Notes under the pieces: generated by a model
Told to the model about the DNA's origin: nothing
Seen by the model: only the letters and a program-made list of their open reading frames with translations
The model's database searches: none
Part shown: piece after piece, positions 27,374 through 38,442 of the stretch
Layout: each line of letters opens with the position of its first letter
Numbering within the stretch: position 1 is the first letter of the stretch
NCBI GenBank assembly: GCA_045863295.1
Contig: BTWA01000010.1
Location: forward strand, 122,716-186,715
Reading direction: 5' to 3'
DNA: 64,000 nt
DNA from: Candidatus Hydrogenedentota bacterium
GTDB lineage: Bacteria; Hydrogenedentota; Hydrogenedentia; Hydrogenedentales; SLHB01
Position numbers and translations under genes: made by a program

Positions 27374-28051
27374 ATGCCGCAAACGCATGAATTCACGGAG
27401 CCGGGTCCATCCCAAACCGGTTGGCGCAAGCGATTCGCCTGTTGGATTTCCGGATTGACTATCTATGGTGCGCTTGCCGTCAGCCTGGGCTGGTACTACA
27501 CGTTCACGTACTACGGCAAGACCGGGATTCCCATGCCCCACCCGGAATCGTGCGCGTCAATCCTGCTTTATTACTTTTCCGTATTAAACGTTGAAACGGA
27601 AATTCAGGCGCTGCATTGGATTGTTGTATTTCCGGTCTCCGGCGGTATTTGGGCGTGGGCGCTGAGGCTGGTTGCCCGCCGCCAGGGTATTGCCGGCCCG
27701 GCGATGCCGCTCGTGTATTTCTGTATGGCTTGCGCCTGTATTCCCATGATTCTCCCGACCCCTTTTATGGCCTTTCTAGCGGGACTTGACGGCGGGAGCT
27801 TTTCGGCGGACCGCATGCTGCGCGTTGCGCTCAGGCGCGGCAATCGGGCGCCGGATGCCTGGTTGACACCGTTGTATCTCTCGCTGGGGGCCGTATCGTT
27901 CGCTGTTCAATGCATGTTTATGCGCCGGATGTATCCACAGCGATTTTGGAGCGCCGTGCGGCATTATTTCGTGGCCGCGATTGTTCTGCTTGTTGCCTGC
28001 ATGGCGATTGGGCTTGCGGCATCGTACCCGCTACGGTACTGGCTTGAATGA
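27374..28051 (+). CDS. Hypothetical membrane protein
   Basis: About 5 hydrophobic segments. Fills the gap between the flanking genes. Confidence 0.65.
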   Translation: MPQTHEFTEPGPSQTGWRKRFACWISGLTIYGALAVSLGWYYTFTYYGKTGIPMPHPESCASILLYYFSVLNVETEIQALHWIVVFPVSGGIWAWALRLVARRQGIAGPAMPLVYFCMACACIPMILPTPFMAFLAGLDGGSFSADRMLRVALRRGNRAPDAWLTPLYLSLGAVSFAVQCMFMRRMYPQRFWSAVRHYFVAAIVLLVACMAIGLAASYPLRYWLE

Positions 28052-28120
28052 GTACAGAGGTTTTATTGACGGCGCGCGGTCCATTAGAATAGCGGATTCC
28101 CTGAACCTTTGGAGACAGGT

Positions 28121-28720
28121 ATGGGTGCGATTGTACGCGCGTGGCGGAATTTTGTTCATGCGCGCAAATTTGCCAGGGTTGGAAACGGCTGCCGGTTTGT
28201 CGGAAAGAACATTTCCGTGGACGGACATGTGGAACTGGGCCACTACACACGCCTGCGCGAGAATATCCTGTTGAGCAGTTACAAGGGCGGCAAGATCGTG
28301 ATTGGCAGCCGCTGTCTGATCAGCAACAACGTCATCATCGAAGCGGGCCAATTGGTGGAAATCGGGGATGGCGCGGGTATTGCCGAGAATGCCGTAATCC
28401 GAGACGGCAATCACCTGATTTATGGCACGGATGCGAACTGGCGATACACGCCGTATATCTACAAGCCCGTGATTATCGGGCCGGACGCGTGGATAGGGAG
28501 CGGGGCCTATGTTTCGCTCGGCGTGACCATTGGTCAGGGTGCGGTGTTGGGCGCGAATTCCGTGGCCACCAAAGACATTCCGGCGTTCGAGGTCTGGGGC
28601 GGAGTTCCCGCGCGCTTCATCCGGCATCGATTGAAGGATTTGCCGCCGGCGCTGGAGGCGGAAGCGAAGAAGCTGCTGGAAGAACAACCCATCCGAACGG
28701 ACCGGCGCGAGTGGCAGTAA
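28121..28720 (+). CDS. Hexapeptide-repeat acyltransferase
   Basis: DGNH, PVIIGPDAWIG, GAVLGANSVATKDIP and GGVPARFI. Confidence 0.9.
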   Translation: MGAIVRAWRNFVHARKFARVGNGCRFVGKNISVDGHVELGHYTRLRENILLSSYKGGKIVIGSRCLISNNVIIEAGQLVEIGDGAGIAENAVIRDGNHLIYGTDANWRYTPYIYKPVIIGPDAWIGSGAYVSLGVTIGQGAVLGANSVATKDIPAFEVWGGVPARFIRHRLKDLPPALEAEAKKLLEEQPIRTDRREWQ

Positions 28721-28747
28721 CCGAATAACGAATGAAAGCGAATCTCA

Positions 28748-29422
28748 GTGGGTACGGACGCAACCATTTTTCTTGTAGTTCTGATTGTCTGGATCTTCAC
28801 GCTTTGCCTGCATGAGTTTTCGCATGCGGCGGTGGCCTACCTAGGTGGCGACCATACCGTGAAGGAGAAGGGTTACCTGTCGTTCAATCCACTGGCGTAC
28901 GCGAATCCCATGCTGAGCATTGTGCTGCCGGTGGTGTTTCTGATCATGGGCGGCCTCGCGCTTCCCGGCGGCTGTGTTTATATTGACCGTTCGCTACTTC
29001 GGAGTAAGTGGTGGGACAGCCTGGTGTCGGCGGCGGGCCCGGCCTCGAACTTCGTCTTCGCCGTTCTGCTTTCGCTGCCTTTCACCCTGGGTCTGGTGGA
29101 CCCGGATCCGACGGTGCCTCTGTGGAATGCCTACGCGGTAATCATTTTCATTGAGCTAATCGCGGTCTTCTTTAACCTTTTGCCGATACCACCGCTGGAC
29201 GGTTTCGGCATCATCGCGCCATTTTTACCAGAGCCCCTGCGGGACCGGCTCTATTCTTTCGGCAATATTATGTTTTTCCTTTTCCTGATCGCATGGATTT
29301 CCGTGCCTGGATTGAGCGCGGTTGTTCTCATTCCTGTCCTTATCTTTCTAGCCATTTTCCGCGTGCCGCTGGATCTGGTGGAGCAGGGGTATGCGGCCTT
29401 GCGCATTTTTCAGCCCAATTGA
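28748..29422 (+). CDS. Site-2 protease (M50) family membrane metalloprotease
   Basis: HEFSH, AAGPASN and FNLLPIPPLDG. Confidence 0.93.
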   Translation: MGTDATIFLVVLIVWIFTLCLHEFSHAAVAYLGGDHTVKEKGYLSFNPLAYANPMLSIVLPVVFLIMGGLALPGGCVYIDRSLLRSKWWDSLVSAAGPASNFVFAVLLSLPFTLGLVDPDPTVPLWNAYAVIIFIELIAVFFNLLPIPPLDGFGIIAPFLPEPLRDRLYSFGNIMFFLFLIAWISVPGLSAVVLIPVLIFLAIFRVPLDLVEQGYAALRIFQPN

Positions 29423-29433
29423 CTTCGGACACC

Positions 29434-30153
29434 ATGGCCATCAAAGCAATTACGTTTGACTTCTGGTCCACGCTGTTTCGCGACACCGACACCATCGGAG
29501 CGCGACGAAAACTGCGTGTGGATGCGTTCGTCGAGGCTACCGGTGTTTCGTGCGAATTGGCAGAAGAAGCCCATCAAGTCACGGCCCGGGCTTTTCTCAA
29601 GCATCACATCGAACGGCAGCAGACCCTGGGACCGATGGATTGTGTTCGCATGATGGCGGACCATTGCGGTGTGACTATTGACGCAGGCACCGCGGAGCGA
29701 CTGGCCGACGTCGTGGCCCATGCCATACTGGCATTTCCTCCCGTGCCCATTGAAGGCGCGCTGGAGGCCGTGCGGGCGGCCGCCGCGGTAGCGCCCGTTG
29801 CCTTGATATCCGACACCGGCCACAGCCCCGGCAGTGCCTTGGCGCGGATCATGGAAGCCGAGGGTTTCCGGTCCTACTTCCGGACGTTGGTGTTTTCGGA
29901 TGAGGTCGGCGTTTCCAAACCGCAAGCGCCCATGTTTTATGCCGCTGCGCAAGCGCTTGGCGTATTGCCTTCCGAGCTGTTGCATATCGGCGATTTGGAG
30001 CCGACTGACATTGCCGGAGCGCACGGCGTCGGCGCGAAGGCGGCATTGTTCAGCGGATTCAACGATCGGTTCGCCGGGAACCACACGGCGCACTTTCATT
30101 TTGCATCGTGGGGCGAATTTGTAGACGCGTTGCCGGGGATCGTACACGGGTGA
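29434..30153 (+). CDS. HAD-superfamily hydrolase
   Basis: FDFWSTL, ISD, FSDEVGVSKP and HIGD...D. Confidence 0.9.
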   Translation: MAIKAITFDFWSTLFRDTDTIGARRKLRVDAFVEATGVSCELAEEAHQVTARAFLKHHIERQQTLGPMDCVRMMADHCGVTIDAGTAERLADVVAHAILAFPPVPIEGALEAVRAAAAVAPVALISDTGHSPGSALARIMEAEGFRSYFRTLVFSDEVGVSKPQAPMFYAAAQALGVLPSELLHIGDLEPTDIAGAHGVGAKAALFSGFNDRFAGNHTAHFHFASWGEFVDALPGIVHG

Positions 30154-30180
30154 CGGGCGTCCACAACGGTCGATTATGGG

Positions 30181-32328
30181 TTACAGGTTTCCCATACACG
30201 CGATGCAGATTCGGATTTCACCGTAGCTGACTTCCTCGCCCAAGGCGTCATAAATCGGACGCAATCGCCGTTCTTCCATCACCGAGGCCGCCTCGCGCAC
30301 GCGATCGAATACGGACTGCGCCACCCATCGCGTAGGATCCGTAATACCCCGCTCTTCGATGTATTGCTCCAGGTAGCCGGACACGGTCGACGGCTTGCGC
30401 TCAATTTGTTCGGAAACATCCTCGATGGAGTAGCCCTTGTCGAACAGGTCAAATGCCTGTTCCAGGCGGTCATGGCGCGCGCCGGTCTTTGGGCGTGTGG
30501 ACTGAATTTCGGCCTCGTCCGACGATATACCCACGTACTCGCAGATGGCATGCAGAAACGCTGTTCCGTGGGTCTTGGCCTTTGCCTGACCCACACCGTG
30601 GACATCCAGAAATGCGATTCTTGTGACAGGTTTTTTTCGGGCCATGTCCTGCAACGCGGCATCGCTGAATACGACAAACGGCGGCACGCGCATTCGATCG
30701 GCGGTTTCTTTTCGGAGCAGGCGGAGGCGTTCAAACAGGGCGGTATCGTAGGGAGCCTCTTCGTGCGCCGAATCGCGGACCGTGCGTTTAAGCCGTTTTG
30801 CGGCGGACTTCGTCAGGCGGGGAGGTGCGCTTTCCGTCATTTCCACGCGGCCTTGCCGGGTGAACCGCAGCAGATGGTATTCGCCGTGCTTCTCCAGGTA
30901 TCCCTGAGCCACCAGCTGTTCAATCCAGTCGCGAATCTCCCTCTGGTGATATGACGCCAGTGCCCCGTGGCTGGGCAATTGGTCGTGTCCCTTCGCAATC
31001 ACACGATCCTCGCGAGAACCAGAGAGAACCAACGAGGTATAGCTGGGACCTGCGTACTCGCCGATGTCTGAAACCGCGCCGAGGATCGCTTTTGTGATCT
31101 CGGCGGCCTCCGCGATGTTTTCGGATTCGTCGAGGCAGATGTCGCATGCGCCGCATCCGGACGCCGCATAGGGTTCGCCGAAGTACTGCACCAAGGCTTT
31201 GTGGCGGCATTGCTTCGATTGGCAAAAGCGATAGGTTGCGTTGAGCTTGGCCAGCATTGCGCGGGCGGCTTCCGCATCGTCCACTTTTTCAATGAGGCTT
31301 TTCCAGATGCCGTAGTCTCCGCCGGAATAAAACAGGCAACATTCCGCGTGGAGTCCGTCACGGCCCGCGCGGCCGCTTTCCTGTTGATAGTGCTCAATGG
31401 TCTTCGGCATGCCCATGTGAACGACGTAGCGTACATTGGACTTGTCAATTCCCATGCCGAATGCCACCGTGGCCACGACGATATCGACCTGTTCGCGGAT
31501 AAAGGCCTCCTGGTTCATTTTGCGATCGGTGTCCGTCATGCCCGCGTGGTACGGCAAGGCGCGATGACCTACGGCGCGCAGTTTGTCGCAGACCGATTCC
31601 ACGTCCTTCCGGCGAATGCAGTAGACGATGCCCGACTCACCGGGATGCCGTGCAATGACCTCGCGCAACTGCCCAAATCCGTCCGTGCGCTGTTGAACGC
31701 GATACACGAGGTTTGGGCGATCGAAGGAGCCGATGTGAATTTCGGGATTGCGGAGGCGCAATGCCTGCACGATGTCCTGCCGTACCTGATCGGTCGCGGT
31801 GGCCGTGTAGGCGTGCAGCGCGGCTCGCGGAAAGGCGTCTCGCAGACACGAGAGTTCGCGGTATTCAGGCCGGAAATCGTGTCCCCACTGGCTGATGCAA
31901 TGCGCTTCATCCACTACAAAACAGGATGGGTCCATATTTTTGAGGTAGGCGATAAACGAAGGCTGCACGATGCGTTCGGGAGACACATAGACCAGGGTTA
32001 CTTCGCGCGATTGGATGCGTTGGTGAACGTTGCGCTTCTCGGCGGCGCTGAGGCTGCTGTTGATGCATGCCGCGCCGACGCCGTTGGCGTTAAGCGCGTC
32101 CACTTGATCTTTCATCAACGAAATGAGCGGGGATACGACGACGGCGATTCCGTCGCGGGCGATGGCCGGAGCTTGGAAACAGAGGGACTTGCCGCCGCCC
32201 GTGGGCAGGATGATCAGCGAATCGCGATCGGACAAGACACAGGACATGGCTTCCAGTTGAAGCGGCCTGAACTGGTCATATCCCCAATATTTTTTAAGTA
32301 TGGGAAGCAAGGTTTGTTGTGCGAGCAT
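30181..32328 (-). CDS. recQ: DNA helicase RecQ (helicase, RQC, HRDC and C-terminal HTH)
   Basis: [43 protein letters not shown] and [11 protein letters not shown] at 32328. Confidence 0.96.
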   Translation of the reverse strand: MLAQQTLLPILKKYWGYDQFRPLQLEAMSCVLSDRDSLIILPTGGGKSLCFQAPAIARDGIAVVVSPLISLMKDQVDALNANGVGAACINSSLSAAEKRNVHQRIQSREVTLVYVSPERIVQPSFIAYLKNMDPSCFVVDEAHCISQWGHDFRPEYRELSCLRDAFPRAALHAYTATATDQVRQDIVQALRLRNPEIHIGSFDRPNLVYRVQQRTDGFGQLREVIARHPGESGIVYCIRRKDVESVCDKLRAVGHRALPYHAGMTDTDRKMNQEAFIREQVDIVVATVAFGMGIDKSNVRYVVHMGMPKTIEHYQQESGRAGRDGLHAECCLFYSGGDYGIWKSLIEKVDDAEAARAMLAKLNATYRFCQSKQCRHKALVQYFGEPYAASGCGACDICLDESENIAEAAEITKAILGAVSDIGEYAGPSYTSLVLSGSREDRVIAKGHDQLPSHGALASYHQREIRDWIEQLVAQGYLEKHGEYHLLRFTRQGRVEMTESAPPRLTKSAAKRLKRTVRDSAHEEAPYDTALFERLRLLRKETADRMRVPPFVVFSDAALQDMARKKPVTRIAFLDVHGVGQAKAKTHGTAFLHAICEYVGISSDEAEIQSTRPKTGARHDRLEQAFDLFDKGYSIEDVSEQIERKPSTVSGYLEQYIEERGITDPTRWVAQSVFDRVREAASVMEERRLRPIYDALGEEVSYGEIRICIACMGNL

Positions 32329-32437
32329 GGCTGGATTATACAGGATTGTAGCCGGCATTGAAGCGAATTGGGTGACGGCGCGGACATCTGCTAACGTATA
32401 TCCAATCAAGGCGGATATTGCAACGGAGGGCCGATCC

Positions 32438-33799
32438 ATGTTTCCACGAGATCGCAGACGAGTTGTCATTGTTGCCGTGACCGTGCTTTGCATCGCGTCC
32501 GCATGGGCCGCGCCCAGCAAGGAAGGCAATCCGCGGCTGATGCAGGGTCCGATGATCGGATGGGTAGCGCCGGATTCGGCCACGATCTGGGTGCGTGCGA
32601 GCGGACCGTTCGAGTGTTCGATCGAGTATGCGGAAGACGAGCGTTTCAGCGAGCCGAAGAAAACGGATCCGGTAGTGGCGACGAAGGCCAACGATTATTG
32701 CCTGACGATTTCGATTTCGGGATTAAAACCCGGGACCCGTTATTACTACCGGCCTTATGTGCAGGGCGCCATTGCGCGCAATCTCTCCGGGTTTCCCGCG
32801 TTCTCCTTCAAAACCGCGCCCGCACCGGGAGAGAAGTCTAAATTCACGGTCAGCTTCGGTTCGTGTGCGCGCGTGCAACAGGATCCCGTGCAACCTATTT
32901 GGCAGGCCGTACAATCGATTCATCCGGATTTGTTCTTCTGGGTGGGGGACAATATCTATGGCGATGCGCTCGATCCCGATATTCTCGCGGAAGAATACCG
33001 CAAACAGCGCGATGTTCCGGCGTTTTTCCCTCTGTTGCACTCGGTGCCCCAACTGGCGGTCTGGGATGACCATGACTTCGGTCTGAACGATCACGATCGC
33101 ACGCATCCCGGCAAGGCGGAAGCGCTGACCGTGTTCAAGCAGTACTGGCCGAATCCGGCGTATGGAACCGCCGATACGCCTGGTGTTTTCTTCTCGTATC
33201 GCTATGGCGGCGTCGATTTCATCTTTCTAGATTGCCGCTACCACCGGGATCCCAATTCTGATCCCGATACTCCGCAGAAAACGTTTCTCGGAAAAGGCCA
33301 GTTGGCGTGGCTGCAAGAGACGTTGAAAACCAGTACGGCGCCATTCAAGGTCATCACGTCGGGGAGCGGATTCAACAATCAAAAGGGCGAAGGCGGCGAT
33401 TCCTGGGCGGCGTATCTGCATGAGCGCGACGCGTTGTTCAACTTTATTCGCGATGAAAAAGTGAACGGTGTCCTGCTCCTTTCAGGCGACACACATTACG
33501 GCGAGCTGAATTGCATTCCTTGGTCTGAAAAGGGCGGGTACGACCTGTATGAACTGGTCAGTTCGCCTCTGGCGCAAACTGCATCCAGCGGCGGCCGCAC
33601 TCCGGAGATGCGGATCCGCCGGCCTGTGACCAACGCCAGCAATGCGGGGATTCTCGAATTCGACATGACCGGCGATGTGCCTACGGTGACGCTGAATATG
33701 ATCAATCATTTTGGGCGCCTGACGTGGTCGCCGGTCGTCATTCGCGCGGACGAGTTGGTGAACGGGGTGGTGTCGTATACCGGCAAGAGGGAGGAGTAG
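32438..33799 (+). CDS. PhoD-like alkaline phosphatase D family protein, exported
   Basis: Signal peptide, FGSC, GDNIYGD, WDDHD, LDCR and SGDTH. Confidence 0.9.
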   Translation: MFPRDRRRVVIVAVTVLCIASAWAAPSKEGNPRLMQGPMIGWVAPDSATIWVRASGPFECSIEYAEDERFSEPKKTDPVVATKANDYCLTISISGLKPGTRYYYRPYVQGAIARNLSGFPAFSFKTAPAPGEKSKFTVSFGSCARVQQDPVQPIWQAVQSIHPDLFFWVGDNIYGDALDPDILAEEYRKQRDVPAFFPLLHSVPQLAVWDDHDFGLNDHDRTHPGKAEALTVFKQYWPNPAYGTADTPGVFFSYRYGGVDFIFLDCRYHRDPNSDPDTPQKTFLGKGQLAWLQETLKTSTAPFKVITSGSGFNNQKGEGGDSWAAYLHERDALFNFIRDEKVNGVLLLSGDTHYGELNCIPWSEKGGYDLYELVSSPLAQTASSGGRTPEMRIRRPVTNASNAGILEFDMTGDVPTVTLNMINHFGRLTWSPVVIRADELVNGVVSYTGKREE

Positions 33800-33823
33800 A
33801 CGCGACATCGGGACGCGTCTACT
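33795..33823. repeat. Collapsed REP doublet forming a hairpin between convergent genes
   Basis: AGTAGACGCG-ACATCGGGA-CGCGTCTACT. The first 15 nt are identical to 19435-19449. Confidence 0.7.
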
Positions 33824-34739
33824 AGTGCCTTTCCAGCCACTGGGTGCCTGCGGCGGGCAGGTCTTCGTGGCCGCCTTCGAAGATCGTGATGCGGGCTTTG
33901 TTGGCGTAGCGGCGGAGGTAGATCGTGCGGCCGTAGGTATTGTCCTGTTCTTCCTGTGTGGACAGGAATTCGCATTTGGCCAGGAGATCGCGTTCGGCCT
34001 TGGAGACTACCGGCAGGCCCTGATCCTCGGCGAGGGCATTGAACGCGAAGATGGCGTGATGCACGCCGATGCCTTTGGGTTGGCCGTCACGGATGCCGTG
34101 GGAGATGTCGAGGGGGATGGCATTCGCGTTGGCGATGTGAAATAGGGGCGATCGCTTTTTCAGTTCTTCAGCGGCGGCGTTGGAGCCTTCGGGTTTGCCG
34201 CCGGCGATCTTTTCGAGGTGGCGATAGACTTTTGATCCGGCGTCGACGCATTCCTGGTACCACCGCACGAGATCGGTGGGGGCACACCATGCGGAGACCG
34301 CCGCCCATCGAACGGGCGCGTGTGCGGCCATCATGAGGGCCATGTGTGCGCCGCCGGACACACCGGCGAGATAGATTCGCCGCTCATCTACTTTGGCGAA
34401 TTTGCACGCGTAGTCCACTGCATCCAGCACGTCCTGTTTGGCGATATCCGACGCGCAGGCGTCGGCGTGCTTGTTGGGACCGCGGAAGTGGGGTGCGATG
34501 AAGTGCCACTGGCGGTTGATGGCCTCCGCGCGCCAGCGGCGCGAATCGGTGTCGTAGCCGTGACGCCATGGGTGGAGATAGACCAGCAGGGGCGCGGCCT
34601 CACGTCGGAGGGATTCTTTCCAGAGGCAGGGCTGCTTCGAGCCGTCCACCGTGCTGCGCACGTGGATGGTGAGCTTATCGGCTTCCGGATCGCGATCATC
34701 CGACTGCTTCAGACCAAGAAGACGCAGGAATTTTTTCAT
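33822..34739 (-). CDS. Alpha/beta hydrolase (peptidase S9/esterase-like)
   Basis: LHPW, GVSGG, HGIRD and FEGGH. Confidence 0.85.
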   Translation of the reverse strand: MKKFLRLLGLKQSDDRDPEADKLTIHVRSTVDGSKQPCLWKESLRREAAPLLVYLHPWRHGYDTDSRRWRAEAINRQWHFIAPHFRGPNKHADACASDIAKQDVLDAVDYACKFAKVDERRIYLAGVSGGAHMALMMAAHAPVRWAAVSAWCAPTDLVRWYQECVDAGSKVYRHLEKIAGGKPEGSNAAAEELKKRSPLFHIANANAIPLDISHGIRDGQPKGIGVHHAIFAFNALAEDQGLPVVSKAERDLLAKCEFLSTQEEQDNTYGRTIYLRRYANKARITIFEGGHEDLPAAGTQWLERH

Positions 34740-34765
34740 GGGGGGCGTGGATCCAGTTTGTCGCT

Positions 34766-35419
34766 TTATTTTGATCGCGCGGCCTTAACCGCCGCCGCGA
34801 ACTCTTGTGCGATCTTGGTCAGGCCTGCATAGTCCTTGGCGGCCATCAATTTCTTGCTGACAAGATTGCCGCCCGCGCCCAAGGCACTTGCACCCGCGTC
34901 GAGGAACGGCTTGATGGTGTCGAGGTCGACACCGCCTGTGGGCACGATGGGCAGATGGGGCAGCGGCCCTTTGATCGCCTTCAGGTATTCGGGGCCACCC
35001 ACGTTGGCGGGAAACAGTTTGACCATGTCCGAGCCGGCCTCGTATGCCGTGAGCAACTCCGTGGGCGTGTATCCACCCGCGACGACGGGCACGCCATAGC
35101 GGCGCGCGGTTTGAATCACTTCCAGCGAGAGCGTGGGCGTGACGACAAATTGCGCGCCCGCGAGGATGGCCATGCGGCACGTGGCTCCGTCGAGCACGGT
35201 GCCGACGCCGAGGAGCGCGTCCGCGCCTTTCAATTGCCGCGAGGCCGTCTCGATGCATTGGAGCGCGCCGGGCGTGGTCATGGTCAGTTCGATGCAATGC
35301 ACGCCGCCTGCCGCGACGGCCTCAATGACTTTGACCAGTTCGTCTCCGCCGGTATCCGCGCGGACCACCGCAATGATGCACTTTTCCTGCATATAGCGAA
35401 GTGCCGTTTGCTTGTCCAT
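34766..35419 (-). CDS. eda: KDPG/KHG aldolase
   Basis: IIAVVR, IELTMTTP, GVGTVLD, TPTE, VKLFPA and PTGGV. Confidence 0.93.
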   Translation of the reverse strand: MDKQTALRYMQEKCIIAVVRADTGGDELVKVIEAVAAGGVHCIELTMTTPGALQCIETASRQLKGADALLGVGTVLDGATCRMAILAGAQFVVTPTLSLEVIQTARRYGVPVVAGGYTPTELLTAYEAGSDMVKLFPANVGGPEYLKAIKGPLPHLPIVPTGGVDLDTIKPFLDAGASALGAGGNLVSKKLMAAKDYAGLTKIAQEFAAAVKAARSK

Positions 35420-35579
35420 TGTATTCTCCCTTTGTGCGCCTACCCCCTTGAATTCGACCACACGCGGCGATATTCAATCAAGCGGCGTGGATTCGGATTG
35501 GCCGAGGCCGTTTGTTATCATGACGCGTCAAAGGTACCAACGACCATGCGGGGCGCGGAAAGTCAGGAGGGAGCGAAAC

Positions 35580-36311
35580 ATGGCTACCATCCGGGTGCGT
35601 GGCGTGCAGATGCGCGTTTCCGCCAAAATCGAACAGAACCTGCCGCGAATTCTGGAAAAGCTGTTTCCATGTGATGCGGATTTCGTGGCATTTCCCGAGA
35701 TGTGCCTGACGGGGTACCACGGGGAATTCAGTGACAAGGCCACTCGCGCAGGGTGGGAAAAGATTGCGGCGGCCTGCCGCCAGGCGTATACGTGCGCGCT
35801 GGTGGGCACAGGTTTCAAGGACAATGGGTCCATCTACATCCAAACGCGCGTGTTTGGGGCGGACGGCACGACGGCGGGAACTTACGAGAAGATAGTGCCC
35901 ACGGAGACGGAGCGGAAGTTTTGCTCGCCGGGAAGCGAACTTCGCACATTTAAGCATGCGGGGGTTTCGTTTGGGTGTCTGATTTGCAACGATCTCTGGG
36001 TTACGCCGGGGTGCGGGCCGTATCCCGATCCCCGGTTGTCGTATCAGTTGGGCAAGAAGGGCGTGCAAGTGATCTTTCATGCCGTTCACTCCGGTACCGA
36101 CCCGCGTTATTTGGAATACCACGAGTCCAATGTGCGGCTTCGGGCGAAAGAGAGCCGCGCGTACATCGTGACGGTGAACGCGGCGGACGAGCGAGGCGCG
36201 ATTAATTGTCCGTCTGGCATTGTTTCGCCGGAGGGCGAATGGTTGGTGACCGTACCGCGCGAAGGCGAACATACCTTCGACTACGATATCCAGGTGGAAA
36301 TTGAAGACTAG
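35580..36311 (+). CDS. Carbon-nitrogen hydrolase (nitrilase superfamily)
   Basis: Catalytic triad in FPEMCLTGY, YEK and ICND. AGGAGG SD. Confidence 0.88.
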   Translation: MATIRVRGVQMRVSAKIEQNLPRILEKLFPCDADFVAFPEMCLTGYHGEFSDKATRAGWEKIAAACRQAYTCALVGTGFKDNGSIYIQTRVFGADGTTAGTYEKIVPTETERKFCSPGSELRTFKHAGVSFGCLICNDLWVTPGCGPYPDPRLSYQLGKKGVQVIFHAVHSGTDPRYLEYHESNVRLRAKESRAYIVTVNAADERGAINCPSGIVSPEGEWLVTVPREGEHTFDYDIQVEIED

Positions 36312-36331
36312 CCGGTAAAGGGACTTCATTC

Positions 36332-37621
36332 ATGAAAAATACACAGACCACGCGACGGGACTTTTTGCGCAAGGCCGGGGCGATCGGTGCGGCGGGGGCC
36401 GTTGCGGGCTGCGCCAAGGACAAGGCGGCCGCGCCGGTCGAGGTGGCCGCGGTCGCGCCTGCTCCCAAGCCCGAGGCAGTGCGGCGTGTCATTGGAGCCA
36501 ACGATCGCGTGCGGTGCGCCTTTGTAGGCGTGGGGGGGCGGGGATCGAGTCTATTGAGCACGGCGCTGCGCATCAAGGACATTGAACCAATTGCCATATG
36601 CGACACGTACGACAGCGCGCGCATGAATGCCGCGGACAAATGCAAGCAGGTTAATCCCAATATCAAGAACTACATTAAGTTCGAAGAGATGTTTGAGGCC
36701 GAGAATCTTGATGCGGTGGTTATTGCCACGCCGGACCACCTGCACGCGTCCGTGATTATGGCGGCGCTGGACCGCAAGATCGACGTGTATTGCGAGAAAC
36801 CGATGACCTTTCATTGGGAAGACGCCAAGGCGATCCGCAATTGCGCCAATGAAACCGGCGCCATCGTACAAATTGGCACGCAGCTTCGCAGCACCGATAT
36901 CTACAATAAAGCGCGCGAGATCGCGCAATCCGGCGAACTGGGCAAATTGATTATGGTGCAGGTGAACCGCAATGCGTGGGATGGCATGGCCACCTACAAC
37001 AAGCCGCCCGAAGGCGCTACCGCCGAGAACACGCACTGGCCACTCTTCGTACGCGATACGAAAGAATATCCGTTTGATGCGCGGCGCTACTTCCAATGGC
37101 GCCTGTTCGAGGACTATTCCAACGGCGTGACGGGCGATTTGATGCTGCACCATCTCGACATCTGCCAATACATTTCCGGGTGCGGCATGGCCGAAAGGGT
37201 GATGTCGGTTGGCGGGATTTACCACTACCACGACGGCCGCACCGTACACGACACCATGAGCGCGTTGGTAAAATTCCCGGAAGACTTCCATTTCAATTAC
37301 ACGACGACCCTGGTAAACGGCAAGTACGGCCTTGAAGAGCGGTATCTTTTCTCGGACGGCACAATTGAGTTTTCGCGCATGAACACGATGACCGTCAGCC
37401 GGAAGTCGAATGCGCCGGAGGAAGTGGTTACCACCAAGGGATTGGACACGCTCGGTCATATCCAGAACTGGGTGGACAGCATCCGATCACGCAAGCAACC
37501 GGTTACCGGCGTGGAAGCGGGCATGCGAGGCGCCATCCTGTGCCGCATGGCAATGCAAAGCCAGGTTTCCGGACAGGCTGCGCAATGGGACTCCGCCAAC
37601 GAAGCGGTGGTGATGGGATAA
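36332..37621 (+). CDS. Tat-exported (lipoprotein) Gfo/Idh/MocA oxidoreductase
   Basis: TRRDFL, lipobox VAGC, GVGGRG, ATPDH, CEKP and HHLD. Confidence 0.9.
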   Translation: MKNTQTTRRDFLRKAGAIGAAGAVAGCAKDKAAAPVEVAAVAPAPKPEAVRRVIGANDRVRCAFVGVGGRGSSLLSTALRIKDIEPIAICDTYDSARMNAADKCKQVNPNIKNYIKFEEMFEAENLDAVVIATPDHLHASVIMAALDRKIDVYCEKPMTFHWEDAKAIRNCANETGAIVQIGTQLRSTDIYNKAREIAQSGELGKLIMVQVNRNAWDGMATYNKPPEGATAENTHWPLFVRDTKEYPFDARRYFQWRLFEDYSNGVTGDLMLHHLDICQYISGCGMAERVMSVGGIYHYHDGRTVHDTMSALVKFPEDFHFNYTTTLVNGKYGLEERYLFSDGTIEFSRMNTMTVSRKSNAPEEVVTTKGLDTLGHIQNWVDSIRSRKQPVTGVEAGMRGAILCRMAMQSQVSGQAAQWDSANEAVVMG

Positions 37622-37668
37622 TACCGGCTGGCGCAGCATTACCTGCCAATCGCGAGGGGGATTTCCAT

Positions 37669-38430
37669 ATGGCCGCCGATAAGAACACGGTTGTGATACT
37701 GGGTGCGACCTCCGGCATGGCACATGCCGTGGCCGGCGAGTTCGCGCGGCGCGGGCACCCGCTCGTACTGGCCGCGCGCAACGTGGACGAGACATGGCGC
37801 ATTGCCAAGGATTTGGCCGTGCGTCACAACGGGTTTGTGCATGCCGCGGAGCTGCACGCTGAGAATTATGACTCACACTCCGCGTTTGTGGAGGAATGCG
37901 CCAGAGCGGCCCCCGCGCCGATCGAAGGCGTCGTATTGTGTTTCGGGTTTATGGACGAGCCGGCCGCGCAAAAAGACTTTGCCATTGCCCGGCGCACGAT
38001 TGAAGTGAACTTCCTTGGGGCGGTGTCGCTGTTGAATTTGTTTGCAGATCAACTTGAGGCAAAGCGAAGCGGATGGATTGCCGCCATCTCGTCCGTGGCC
38101 GGCGATCGCGGCCGTCAAAGCAATTACATCTACGGCGCTTCCAAAGCAGGGTTGAGCGCCTATTTGCAGGGACTGCGCAACCGACTGCACCACGCGGGCG
38201 TGGCCGTGATTACGATCAAGCCCGGGTTTGTCGATACACGCATGACGTCCGGCATCGCGTTTGGTCCGATCGCGCAACGGTTGGTGGCGTCGCCGGATCA
38301 GGCGGGGCGCGCCATTTACGCCGCGATTGCAAAGCGAAAAAACGTTGCCTATGTTTTGTGGTTCTGGCAATGGATCATGTTGATCATCAAATCAATTCCC
38401 GAATTTCAGTTCAAGAAGATGAAATTGTGA
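37669..38430 (+). CDS. SDR oxidoreductase, DprE2-like subfamily
   Basis: GATSGMA, SSVAGDRGRQSNYIYGASK and KPGFVDTRMT. Confidence 0.85.
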   Translation: MAADKNTVVILGATSGMAHAVAGEFARRGHPLVLAARNVDETWRIAKDLAVRHNGFVHAAELHAENYDSHSAFVEECARAAPAPIEGVVLCFGFMDEPAAQKDFAIARRTIEVNFLGAVSLLNLFADQLEAKRSGWIAAISSVAGDRGRQSNYIYGASKAGLSAYLQGLRNRLHHAGVAVITIKPGFVDTRMTSGIAFGPIAQRLVASPDQAGRAIYAAIAKRKNVAYVLWFWQWIMLIIKSIPEFQFKKMKL

Positions 38431-38442
38431 GCAGGGAGTATT

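Noticed and set aside
30181..32691. 836-aa RecQ overlapping phoD head-to-head
   Set aside because: Both ORF-track starts are over-extended. Starts at 32328 and 32438 remove the overlap.
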